From Streblomastix strix (taxonomy: Eukaryota), in NCBI GenBank assembly GCA_008636045.1, contig SNRW01000064.1, positions 1 through 32,825 of the forward strand: DNA of 32,825 nucleotides, read 5' to 3'. This document shows, piece after piece, positions 15,001 to 27,624 of the stretch. The notes under the pieces were generated by a model. The model was not told the DNA's origin. It was given only the letters and a program-made list of their open reading frames with translations, and ran no database searches. The translations under genes were made by a program, and so were the position numbers. The first letter of the stretch is position 1; each line of letters opens with the position of its first letter.

Positions 15001-18000
15001 GAGGAATCTCGTTCTATTTCTTCTGTAAGAAAGGTCTTATCCTCATTTTGCATTCAAGAAGATGCTGATGTATTTATGGAAGTGCATTTGTCACATATTC
15101 TCCTGAAGCAAAACAGTGTGCAATCAAAGGATCCATTCTAACTTTAGTCATTAATCTATGCCAATCTTCCCTGATCTTTGAGAATGCCCTTGTTTCTGTA
15201 GGAAGAGCTATTACAATAGCTGTATTCTCAAACAAACCTCGTAATGTGCAAAACAATTATTGTGTTGTTATTAATAGAGACAGAAGAGAAGGAAGAGGTG
15301 TTAACATCTAATCCCATTCACGCATTTTACTCAGAAATGGTTTTCTATATTTATTGTACATTAGTTGAGATAGTTATATTAATGAGTTGTTTGATTCGTT
15401 TACTGCCCTTTTACACGAGACTTCGTCTATTATTTACATCATCCAATTATCAACAAATTCAAAACGAAGTATGCGATTCCATAATCTATCAATGTGAATC
15501 AGTTCCTATTCTACTTTACTCTCACCAGCGGCAATTGCAATTATTTCATTTACTTTAGTTCTTTCTGATGGAAGATTTGCATCAATAAGAATTCCTATAG
15601 TAGGATATGGAGTTAACAGAAGCTCTTATGACTTAACAATCCTAGCAATAACCAACCAATGTCGATGTTTGATCTTTTATGGGTTAATTTCTGCAAGAAT
15701 AGAGAAATGGAGTTATAAACTGTCAATCTCAGTAACAGTTTTCATATAAATATCTTATGGTACTTCTTTTCTGTCAATTTTTTCAATATTAATTGAATAT
15801 ATACTTAATTAATCAAGAAAAGTTGAAACATTAGATTTTTCAAATAATATATTCCTAATATCTCTTAACCATTTCTAAAAGTTAGAATTCATTCGAAAGA
15901 GAGCTGCATGGTTCTCTAATCTGATTTTCTCTTCTTATAGTGCTTATGGAGACATTAAGGGGATACCAAGCAATGATTCATCGCTATTAAGTTCTTATAA
16001 TCTCACTAATTTTTCTTTCACTTAATATAAAAGACGTTCAGCCACTTCTGCCTGTTTATCTGGATCTCGAGTTCCATCTTATAGAACTCTACTAGCTCGC
16101 TAAATATCATCAAGAAGAATATTAACCCCAGATCTAAAATCATCTTGAATTCTTTGAATTTGATCAGAAAGAAGCATCTTGTGTTATTCAAATGTAGACG
16201 AAAATTCAAGTGAATTCTTCTTTAATTGATTAAATAAACTTTGAACTCGTTCATACAATGAATAAACTTTTTGATTTCCTGTTGTTCTGAACTTCATAAG
16301 AACGTTAATTTCATCAGAAATATTTGAAGTTCGTTGCTCGAACTCATCCGCTTTCTCATTAAACTCAGAATATGCTATTATTAAATGTCGGAGATCATCA
16401 ATTGAATCAACAGAACCATCAACATTTCTTGCAATATTCTCCAATTCTTCTTCAAGGTCCTTAAGTAATATTCGCAATTCTGCATCAAGTCGATCTGAAA
16501 ATATCATCCGCCACCTTTATAACTATTCAATAAAAGAAGGAATAAGCTTTTCAAATGAAATGACAATAAATTTATTAGATCTAACTGGTTGGAGTAGAGT
16601 CATCAATATAGAAATAAGTTATTCCGGAGCTTAAGTTTATCCTGATGATTAATTGAATGAAGATGATTATGCTCCAAATAATTCTTGTCTTAAATTAGCA
16701 ATTTTATGAAATTGATTTGAAGGATAAAGATTATTATTTAGATTTGAGTGAAAATTAATATTATCAACTTTATTGTCAAACAGGTTATTAGTTTCACTAT
16801 CATGTCGATGTGTGTTATTGGAATAGTTGTTCGAGCTATACAAATACTAAACAATTTATTAGAAATATGCTCGATGAAGTGCATTCTCCCATGTCTGAAT
16901 TCTCCTTAGAGTCCGAATAATATATTCATGTTGAGATTACACAAGACTAAGAGAAAGTTATAAGTTTGTCAGCGTTTTTTAAGATTTGTGAATGTGATTA
17001 GTAAGAGAAACACAAGATGCTAATGATCTCCCACAGAAATCGCATCTATATGGAGTATCATCTGGATTAAATTAGGGAGGAGACCATTAATCAGGAGTAA
17101 TTGATGAATAAATTGGGATATAGGGAAGAAGTGGAGAGCGAATTGTAATTAGAGAGGGATTATATGCAATTACATAAAATATCTCTTCAATTGATGTTTA
17201 CGGCTAAATAATTGGCTAAATATCACTAATTTCAGTCTATAAACTTAACTAAGAATCTTTTCTTTTTGCTATTGATACATTACTTGAATTAGGTTATTGA
17301 GAAAAGATTGAATCAGCTCTTGATCTAAATGATAACATTGAAGATTAAACTTAATTCAATGGAGATTTTTATTGTTATTAAACTGAAATTGACAATTAAC
17401 TTGGTCTTCTTTCGGCATAAACAGAATAAACAGAATTACGTTATTAAAGAATATTAAAAAGATTAGGTGATTCTTAAAATGATTTTTAACTGTAGTGAAG
17501 TTAGTTAATAGAATAAATATCCTAAGATATTTCAAATTATTCGCTTTTTGGCTCAGAAACATGTCTGAATATTGATGGAACAAGAAGAGGAGGAAGATCT
17601 CTTCCATGATCAGGTGTTTGTTTAAGATAACTGAGTTCATCGCATATACTTGATGGATTGTATTTGAATAAAAATCCTAAAATATCGAATCTTTAAGCAA
17701 TCGCTGCAGAATAATCATCTTCACGAGGCATGCATATTGATGATATTAATGCGTATCTAATAAGAACAACACTTTAAGAGAATTCACTCCAAATTTCAAT
17801 AGATTGTTATTTCTTCATTTATTCTTAATTGTCATCTTATAAAGACAAATTTCTTTTCTTTTGAAATTAATCTGTGCTATTATCAAATTCTGAAAATTGA
17901 ATTTATTAATTTTAATTTCTATTTTTCAATATTCTTGTATTACTTTCTTGATCTAATCCTTTTGATTGTAAATAATTTTCTTCATTAGCAGAATTTGAAA

Positions 18001-21000
18001 GATAATCATCAATTTCAAATCCAGCTTAGTTTATAAGTGGAAGTGTTACTTTCTTGTTCAAAAGGCAAAGCATTGCTGTTATTTTTGAATGTTATTACGT
18101 CTCAAACTGTTCAATTAATAATTTATGTTATTCAGGACCTTCTTTCTTTTCTTTATATTTGGTAGAGTTAGTATTTTAAATTTAATAATTATTATTTTGG
18201 TTGTTAAAATCATAATTATTAAAATTATTTTCAAAATTATTCTAATTAAAATCTTACAACGAACCAATTCTTTCAGTAAATTCAGAAACTGTTTCTGAAA
18301 TCGCTGATGAAACATCATCCATAATAAAATTAATATTGTACTGATCATTCGAATTCTATTGCGAAATTAATTATTATTCATTAAATTTAAGTCGTTTTTA
18401 ATCATTAGACTTCATCTATCGTGATTATATATATTTATCTTGATTGACTTGTAATACAAATGGTTGATTTATACGTGAAGATTATTCATGTGTCTTGTAT
18501 TTATTTGATTATGAATCTTATTATGAAGGAGTTTATTATATATAAATAGATTGTTGTTGTTATTCATCTTCTTCTTCATCTTCATTATATTTTAATTAAA
18601 ATATTTTCTCTTCATTTTCATACTATTCATATGATTGCTGTTTCACAGATAACCACAAAGATGAATATTTTGTTACAGGGAAAAACATATTTAATTAGAT
18701 TTTCCAAGATTGAATATTTCTTATAGACAGAAACAAATTAATTACAAGTTGTTTAATTCCATCTTAAACATCTGACATTGATGGAGACAATTTGAACTTT
18801 GGCATAAAGAGTTACACTGAGAATACAATTAGAGCTGAATGACGTTCATATGATTTATTAAAAAGATCATTATTTCGATCTTCATTCTTCTGAGGTAATA
18901 TTTTATTTTATTCACTTTAATTCTTATTCGATTCTTCCAATATATTTTACATTTTCTTCTCATCTGAAAGTGGGGCAATCTCAAAAAGTAATGAAAGAGC
19001 TTCAGTAACAGTACTATTTCCAGATGAAGTTTATGAATATGAAGAAGATGGTTTTCTAAAATGTGATTATGAAGATTAATATTAGGAAGACGATGATTAC
19101 TAATTAAGTGGAGTAGATATTCCTTTGTTTATTTGTGGAACTGAAGAGTAAAAATTGAGAACAGGGGAACTAACTGAATTATTTCTTGTAGATCTGGGCA
19201 TTGAATATGTTCTTGATTTCCTTATGGCTGAATAATCTGGTAAAAATACATTCCATACCATTTGAAGTGATCGAAGAAGACTGTGATGAAGTGACTCAGC
19301 AAATAGTTTTTAGTAGTATGACAGAATAGAAATAAATCCATCTCTGAATTATTTCATTATTCTTGATCCACCAAAGAAAGGACGAATCTTAACTGTGATA
19401 TTGGAAGAAATAGATCCATAGCCTTCACCTGACATTTGACTAGATTTTTGGAATTATGAATATTAACGATTCTCACTTGGAGAATCTGATAAAGCTTAAC
19501 CTCGTTGTGATGATTGTATATTTTCAGTTGAAGTAGAAATTTCATTTTACGATTATTATTGGGATCTTATTTCTTAATTAGATTATAATTGTGAATTTTA
19601 TTGAATTAATGTTTATTAAGAATTTGAGTGATAATTTAGGAGTTTATTATCTATTAGTTTGGCATGAGAATATCGCCAAGAGATTATCAATTCATGCAAA
19701 GTCATTCTTTCGCTTATTTATTGATTGTTTCTGTATAATTCTGCCAATGATTGAGCTAAAGTATCATAAATAGTTTAATGTTATCTCTTTGCAATCAAAG
19801 CAGAATCAATTCCACCAAGAGTAATATCAACACTCGAATCATTAGAATAAATCGATTATAAGTCTCGACTAATTAAGTTGTTTACAGATACAGTTTTCTG
19901 TGAAGATGGAATTTAGTGAATTAAAGAAAAGTATGATGCGCGCTTTTAAAGATTAGCTTTTGAAAAAGAGATTGCTTTCTATTATTCAAATTATTGTGAT
20001 TTCATTATATTATGTTGATATCGGAATTATTATCGAAGTAAATTTTCAAAATGTAATCTGACTTATGAAGTGTAAATGTTATTATAGTCTTCTACAATCT
20101 CATCATAAATGTGTGAAAGCATAACATGCAAGAAATCTAATATTGTTTTCACACTTTAAACTGTTTTATTTTAGATAATCTTCTAATTTTTAACAAATTC
20201 ATCCAATGGTTGTTGATGATTCGTGTTTATAATAGAAAAGAATCGTATGCGAGCAACATGAAGTATTAAAGCATCGCAAGCTAATCCAAAGCTATTCACA
20301 TATTAAAACAGTCTTTGCATCCTTCGAAGTAATTTCACAATATTTGAAATGTATTTATTAAGAGATAATGAACCCCAAGTAACAGAAGTTGTCAATCCTT
20401 TAGAAATGGCATTTTCAAGCAATGAAACATGCGGACCAAGTAAAACGACAAATCTTGGATGGATGTTGGAAAGAAGTTTAACTCGTTCATCAAGTAAGTT
20501 TGACATAACTGATCGCATTTTTAGAACATTTTATGCTTTGAGAATGGCATATAACAAGCTATTCTCATCATTATTGCGTTTTGCGAGTGTAGATAATGTT
20601 TATTATGAAGGATTATTGAATGCTGATGAAATAAGAGACAGTAACCGTTATTAATCTTGAAGAAGTTTATGTCTATGAAGATGTATTACATCATAGCAGA
20701 CCTATATCACATTAAAATCAAGATTAATTGAAAAGTCCTATAATCCCCAAGATAAAGCTACAGACATAGGTATTATAGAAATATCTTGATTTATTAATCT
20801 TTTCACAATTTATGAAGAGTTTTGTTCAGGCTAAAAAGAGCTTAATGAAATCAATTCATTATTTGTTTGATGAGTTTTATTAAAATCTATGCTATTTTCC
20901 GTTGTATTTATTACACGAGATTTGAGAATTGGATATTAGAACAGATTTTTAGATAATGATCGAATTCCTGATGTGAATTAGAATTTAGTTTTAACTTCTT

Positions 21001-24000
21001 CTTCCATGAATATTTCCATAGATTTATTTGACATATTCAATAGATCATTCACTGGTTGCAGATATTAATCCATTTCTTTTTTATCAACTTTAATTGGTGA
21101 TATATTTCCTTTATGTTAAATTATGCTTGTTTTGAGTGATTTCTAATGAATATCAGCAGAATGTGGTCTAATTTATTAAGAAACATTTATATTCTCTTTT
21201 TAAGATATTGGTATAGGAGTGCTTCCATGTGAAATGTTGAATATGGGCATAATAATCGATTCTATGTTATTTTATGAATTTGTATTGGAACTTTAAGAAA
21301 TAATATTATCATCAATTAAAGGATCTATTATATCATTCTTTTATGCATTTTGAAACATTATTTATAATTTAATGGCCAATATAGGTGGGAATGAAGAAGA
21401 TTATCTTGCACTCTATATTGTAAGTAATTTACTTGTAAGAGAAGGAAGTAGTCTTGAGTCAACAGAAAACCTCCTCGCTTCGACATCTTAAAATAATGCG
21501 AAATCTCTTTCATCTTATAATTAATCATTTCTTTTATTAAGTTAAGTTTAGCTATTATCAAGTTAAGATTAAAGAATTTATTAATTATTAGTCGATTACG
21601 TAAGATTAAATATATTATAATCTATTTATTATGACTAATTCGTAAATTAATTAGATTTTTTGAAGTGTGATATAATATTTGTCTTCCCAACTTTGGAGAA
21701 AGTTGTAGGTGTTGGTCTTGATACAACTGGCTATGTCAATTGTGGTGGTCGTGTTTGAATAACTGTTTTATCCATTTGCAATTTTTATTCATTAATTGAT
21801 GTTGTAGATGATTATAATGAAATATCGGACAGCGAATAAGGAAATGGTTATGATGAAGATTATGATGGAGAAGGTGGAATTGATTTTGAATGTGAGAATA
21901 GGGTATTAGATTAAAATATATTAGAAATCATTTGAATATTTTATTTATACTATTTCCATATTTCTGGAGTGATACTTCTCTTTCGCATTTCACTTGAATC
22001 AATTAATCCAATTTGAATGAGTTATAATCGATTGATCCAATTTGAACAAAGTCTGCATTGAATATCAAAAAGAACTTTTTAAATTATTTTTCGTTTTGTG
22101 AGAGTGCATGATAAACGCGAAATATGTTCTAATATTGTATAAGTTGTTTATGAACTCATGTTTGCAATTTATGCAGGTTTAACAAGAACTTTTACCCCTC
22201 CCAATATGACACGATCTAATGAATCAATTCTACTTTATAATCCTGATATTTGTTGTTGATACATTTATTCTGGTAAGATTATACAAATTCGATGAAGGTT
22301 AATCAATTAAAGAAGAACTGCCAAATATTTATTTGAAAAAGTTCGATAGAAATATGGAGAGAAGAAATAAACATCTCCAAAATCACTCATTTATTCAAAG
22401 AAAGGAGTCAATTGTTAAAGTCTTTTGACAAGTGATTGAGGCCATTAAATAAAAGGAATCTTTCTTTCTGTTAATAGAAGAAGATTTTATTCATTTTCTG
22501 GTCCATTTTCTGTGTTTATGACTTTTATTTATGAAATATTATTCTTCGAAGTTTATTGTTTTGATTTAGTTTATGAATTGGCTGGTATTACTTTTCTAAT
22601 TATCTGTTTTTATTGATTTTGATTAGAATTTCCTGCTGTATGTGTTTGTATAGTATTTGGCTTTAATATAGGAATTTCAGATAAATTAACACAAAAGATC
22701 TTCTTACAATCTGAGTTTGACAATAAAATTCTGATAAAATTTAAGAATTCCTCGGCAATTTTGCATGCATTATCAATTTTCAATTTTATATCTTTAGCTT
22801 TTAATATGAAAAGATCGCTAACAATAGTAGGATTAATTGGTCAAGTATATATTCCAGCAAGATTCGAATTATTAGATCCATTTTTATTAGCTAATTAATT
22901 TGATGATGAAGAATATACCCAATTAATCTCTTAAAGAAGATTTTTATCAAATTCTGGATTAATAATTGTCTGTAAATTATCCATATTTGCAAATAATTTT
23001 GATTATTTACTCTCATAATATTCATTTGCTATTCTTAACTATTGTTTTTGTTATGATAAGCTTTAAGTTTCATTACGATTTAAATTTTTTTGTTTGTAGA
23101 AGAATACCTCTTTTAAATTGTGTAGTAATTCTGGTGTTATTTTAGGAAGAAGTTCATCTGAAGAAGAAATTTCTCCTGATCGACTAAGTGAATAGATATT
23201 TGATGATACAAATGATGAAATGATGAAAAGGGCTCTTTGAACATGAATTATGCTTTCATATTCAAATTTTGCAAATTTATTCTCAAAGAACAGACATAAT
23301 CGTGTTGTATTTAATTTAGGAATAGATAAATCAATAAAAGAACCTCCTTCCAATTCTCTATAGAACTCACACATCTATCGAGCTTCTTATAAATAGAATT
23401 ATGCACTATTCTAATCAAATACAATCATATTTTAAATATCAATTGGAGAATATTTCGATAAATATTCACGAAACACTTTATCCATTTTTGTTGCATATAA
23501 TATAAGTAGATGTAATTAATTTACTCAATTAATCCAGAATTATATTTCTAGTTCAATATCAATTTATTCAGCTCCTATTATCATACGAACATCATCTATA
23601 GATTATGGTGAAAGTCCTGTTAATAGTTTTGGATTCTTAAAGAATATCTATTTATGAAGTGCAGTAATACATTTATTTGATAATTAATTATTGTAAAAAG
23701 AGTTTGTATCTTAAGGTTATTTCTATAAAATATTAATGAGAAGTGAATTCCAAGATTTTATTGCATTATTAATTTCTTCTATTTTATACTAATTTTCAAT
23801 TTCTTTTATCTTTTCTTTTTAATCAATTGCTGGAAGATATTTTAAGGGTTATATAGATAGACTACTTGCTCGATTGCAGTTAGCAATTTCAAGAGTAAAT
23901 GCAAAATATCCAATATTTTATAACAACTAAGAATTAATTATTTATCTTTTTCTTGCAAATGAAGTGAATGAACTTGTTAGAACTTATGAGAATACTTAAA

Positions 24001-24274
24001 TAAAAGAATTTAAATCAGGTGTTGTTATTATAATTGTTGATTCTGAATCCGGAGCTTCCGGACCAGATTTTGTATTAATTAAAAGAATATTTGAAACGAA
24101 TCTATTCTTTTTCATTCGAAGATCTGAAATTTGAAAACTGTCATTGGAGTTTATATCCACAATCTTCTCCTCCCCTGTAGAAAATGCTGTAAGACGCTTT
24201 TGTAGTTCTCGATCTTAGTTAATTACCACATTTCCCTAGAATTATTATACAAGTGCTTTAAGATAATTCAACAT
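1..24274 (-). CDS. Giant divergent dynein heavy chain-like protein, 3'-partial. Exons 24274-8670 and 8593-<1; about 8,060 aa in the window using TAA/TAG=Gln.
   Basis: ATG at 24274 (MLNYLKALVQQFQG...) with an in-frame TGA two codons upstream. The dynein-like minus-strand ORF fragments from 23374 to 9404 share one frame, and those from 7860 to 307 share another. Dynein landmarks occur in canonical order: DHC_N1-like KGLTTSVTWGSLSLNKYI (~20350); KHRHWLVI (~15660); linker LFENTAIVIALPTETRAFSKIREDW (~15200); IPYGSDYIG (~12080); AAA1 KELAFICG...VKGVTGLGAWGVIE and LPGNLRSRFRNIAM (11400-11760); AAA2 GPVGSGKS...HINP (9420-9520), FIIFD (~8810) and LVLPNFQRVYIPSNVRIMIETESL (~7870); LWWSSIRETMSDRL (~4100); IRRNIRFLFVV (~3080); FFDWI (~2405); coiled-coil stalk entry (~250-350). 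In-frame TGA was spot-checked, not checked exhaustively. Confidence 0.88.
8594..8669 (-). other. Spliceosomal GT-AG intron (76 nt) in the dynein-like gene
   Basis: The minus strand reads AG|GTCTAAAAAAATATAT...TTTTATTTAG|ACTTGG and is extremely AT-rich. 76 nt is 1 mod 3, exactly the frame offset between the upstream and downstream dynein frames. The spliced product reads SATSMWGNR-LGQMLHPLSRIQ. Confidence 0.8.
9497..9520 (-). other. AAA2 Walker A motif GPVGSGKS, the only intact P-loop seen in the motor domain
   Basis: Seen in ORF 9404-9604 as VAVVGPVGSGKSTLINML, followed by VIHINPASL, which matches the dynein AAA2 INPK motif. Confidence 0.85.
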
Positions 24275-25366
24275 TGTTCAGGGTCAAAATTCTAAAGAAA
24301 ATCTTTATGTTTGAATAAGGAAATGATAAAATAAATATGAGCGTATTAAAAAATAAAAGAAAAATTAAAAAATAATAATAATTTCTAAAAAAGTATAAAT
24401 GAATTTAAAACTATTGAATAAATTGATTTGTTTGGACAAGAAACAGTTATAAAAAAAACTATGTCAAAAATTCAGCTATGAAAGAATTGAAGAGTAATGT
24501 TAATAACTAACTATTAATCAAGCATAATAAATATAAAATATAAAATATTTTTATGAAAATTAACTAAAATTTTATTTAATGGTTGTGAAAACGAATGATA
24601 TATTTTGAAATTTTGTGCGACGAATTTAAAGATTGATACTAATATAATTTTATATATAATTTGTGAAATGAGAAGAAAAATAATTTTATTTAAAATAAAG
24701 TTAATTTTAAAAATTTGTCGTGTATGCATGACGTGGATAATTATAAATAAAAACAAATTCAAAAACTCTTGTAAAATTAAAATGTGAATGAAAAATACAA
24801 AATATAAAAATAATATAATTAATAAGTTTTATAAGTTAATTTCACTAATAGAATGCGAACAATATCAAGGTAGACAAGGTGCACCGCTATAAGAGCATTA
24901 CACTCCCATCAGATTTTGACTTGTCAATATATATACATATATATTTCATTCTTCCCAAATGGTTTGATAACATCCCTATGTTAAAGGTATTACTCTTTAG
25001 TAATAGCCATTGATATTTCTGTTAAAGGTACAAGTAAATAAATTATAGTAAAAATCAGTTGTGAAATTTTTATTATCTGTAATGAAGAATATTTTATTTC
25101 AAATCTTACAACTTAAGGGGACAAAGATTCGAGGATTTCTCCACAGTGTAAGAGGTATTTATATTTTCATGATTAAATGTAGATTACATTTATCAAATAT
25201 CCTACAAAATATAAGATAATTCTTTCGAATTCTCTTTAACTATGGATTATTCGCTAGCTTTAAAATTAAAAAGCAAAGTTAATAATAATTTTAATTCCAC
25301 AATTTTATTTTTATTATATTAAATAAATTTCAAATTATTATTGTATTTATTTTCAGAATATTTGAA

Positions 25367-26668
25367 ATGCTTATCCTATTACTTGCAACCACATCAGTAT
25401 TTTGCAAACTCGAAATTGAGTTTTACAATTACACGTTCAACGGGACATCGTTTATTTATGATACAAGATCAATTCCAATATATGAATAATACAACAAATA
25501 TATAGTTGACCTCGATGATATTGTAAGGCCATTTGGAGGTAGTGAGACTGATAATGATTTCTCTCTTTTCCCTTCGACCTACACAAATGAATCAGATTTC
25601 GCTTTTAATGAATATCCTACTAGTGATGAATTAAATACTAATTGTGGTGCAAAATATGCTTTCTACAATTCTATGGTATATGATTTTTATGGAGCAATTG
25701 CACATGCTTATTTTGGCGTAGATATACAACCATCCGTTCTTTAGTTTATTAATTGCCATCCATCTGAAATGGTATGGCTTAAGAAATATGGTTAAGAAGA
25801 AGTTGAAGATTTATACAGTGGATGTGATACACATTTTTAATCTTATTCTATTGTTTCTGGATTCACGAGTACGAGTTGTATCGGTGTTAATGGATATATA
25901 AATGATGCATGCAAAACAGAATGTACAGATGGAAGTAGTATTGAATATTATGGAAGAGACTTATTGGAAAATGGTAAGTTTGATTATTATCATTTACTTG
26001 ATGGGTCTATGCTAAAAAGACTTATATTAAGATTCGGACCTGTAATTGGATAATTTAGTTAGTTTGATTCTGGTCTCACTCCTATTTATTATGGCTGGAC
26101 GACTGATTCTTCTAATAGAACACATTTCAAATCATTAATTCGCGATATGTATCATAAATTAATGATTCACGATGAAATATCGTTGTTTAGATTCACAGGT
26201 ATAAGTTTTGTTACTCAAATTCCAAGTGAAGAAGAATAATAACCAATTACACCTGAATAACCAGAAACACCAATAACACCACCAATTGAAGAAGAAGAAG
26301 AAGAAGATCCAGATGATCCAGTTGAAGATGGAGATGGTATTAGCAAAGAAGCAATTAATGCAATTATTTATATATCTGCTTTTAGCGTGGGGATGCTTAT
26401 CATTGCTATCATTACTATTGTATGTTGTTGCTATTGCTGTAGGAGATTTTGTTGTAAAAAAGATGAATTAAGAGTTCAACCAGTAGAAGAATAACAATAA
26501 CAATCATCATATCAATAGTTGTAATAATAATACTAATAATAACAGTAATAACAATAATATTCATAATATTCATAATAATATAGTGGATATAATTAGGTGT
26601 AATAGAATAGCCAAGGAGGTTAAGAAGGGCAGGCTCTTTTCTTGGGTTGGAAACGGCGAGACGTATGA
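25367..26668 (+). CDS. 433-aa type I membrane/surface protein with a degenerate papain/cathepsin B-like ectodomain
   Basis: Continuous table-6 frame from ATG 25367 to TGA 26666-26668. It has a signal peptide (MLILLLATTSVFC) and C1A-like motifs in order: CGAKYAF, SVLQFINC, SGCD, TSTSC, CKTECTDGS, LILRFGPV, IYYGW. A P/E/D-rich stalk precedes the TM helix AINAIIYISAFSVGMLIIAIITIV, then CCCYCCRRFCCKK and a Q/Y-rich tail ending LGWKRRDV. Confidence 0.85.
26489..26600 (+). repeat. Coding (TAA/CAA/TAG/CAG)n poly-glutamine-rich tract
   Basis: In-frame runs such as taa taa taa tac taa taa taa cag taa taa caa taa freely mix TAA with CAA/CAG. Confidence 0.8.
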
Positions 26669-27624
26669 ATATAAACGGCATCTGATGGAATTTTGACAGG
26701 AACAATATTTTTTTCAGAATTTTCCATAAATGAGTTCATTTTATTTTTAATTCCATACACTTTTTTTATGAGCGTCGTATTTTGTGATTGAACGGGCAAT
26801 TCTAAATTATTGAATAAAACCAATACTGCAAGTAGCTTTGAATGTAGTTATTTTGAAATAACAATTGTTCTAAAATTAATTTTATTAATATTCCAAATTT
26901 TTAATCATTATGTCTTTTTAGAGAAAAAGATGAATTTGGTTGAATTTACAATTTTTTCACAATAACATGCTTTTATATCAATTCTAACTTAAATTATACG
27001 TTTTACAAGTATTTTTAATTATAATATTATATTATGTTAATTTTAATGTAGTTTATTTTACAAATTGAAGATGCAAAACCATAAAAAACTAATTTTTGCG
27101 AGTAAGATGGACAAAGCCGGAGATAAAATAGATTTTGATGAAGAAATTATTTGTTATCCCCGTATCTCCTTATCCCACCTATTTATTGAGATACAATTGT
27201 GGCTCCAATATGATCGGTGCACGAACAGGCATCCGACCTATGGATGGCCTATTTGATGTGGTAAAGAATTCAAAAAAGAAACAACAACTTTACGAAAGTA
27301 ATAAAAAATTACATCCGAGTCCCGGTAAAGAGAGTTCGGCAAGACGAGGCAAGACAAGAAGAAATTAAAAAATATAATAGTCAGAGTGGGATAAAATTAA
27401 ATAATAAAACCCTCTAGGAAAAATATTGATTAAAGTTAATAAAAAACCGAATTATATATATATAAATTTAGTAAAAATTTTAGAAAAAACTAAATTGAGA
27501 AAAAAATAATTGGTTTGAAAAATTTTCTCTTGTGGGGAAAATAAATGAATAAGATTAAAAAACCTCAATAGAATTGATAAATTAATGGCTTAACAGCTCT
27601 CTTGAGGAAAAGAAATACAGGATC

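Noticed and set aside
790..20654. Plus-strand ORFs in the track (790, 1942, 4346, 5081, 5169, 6174, 8118, 9438, 15244, 19591, 20349)
   Set aside because: They are antisense shadows of the dynein-like gene. Their F/L/I-rich composition mirrors K/E/Q/N codons on the coding strand.
9724..21561. Minus-strand ORFs at 9724, 13636, 16018, 17356, 18115, 19357 and 21358
   Set aside because: They are out of frame with the dynein reading frame, lie inside it and carry no recognisable motifs.
1..24274. Interpreting the dynein region as a stop-riddled pseudogene
   Set aside because: The interruptions are TAA/TAG only. The frame is preserved over kilobases and no in-frame TGA was found where checked, which indicates code reassignment.
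24300..25360. ORFs 24514-24762 and 24605-24787, or an RNA gene in the divergent intergenic region
   Set aside because: This is extremely AT-rich low-complexity sequence with no protein motif and no recognisable tRNA/rRNA structure. It is treated as intergenic.
26286..26823. ORFs 26286-26471 (+), 26415-26705 (-) and 26620-26823 (-)
   Set aside because: They are alternative-frame or antisense readings of the membrane protein's Glu run, TM segment and poly-Q tail.
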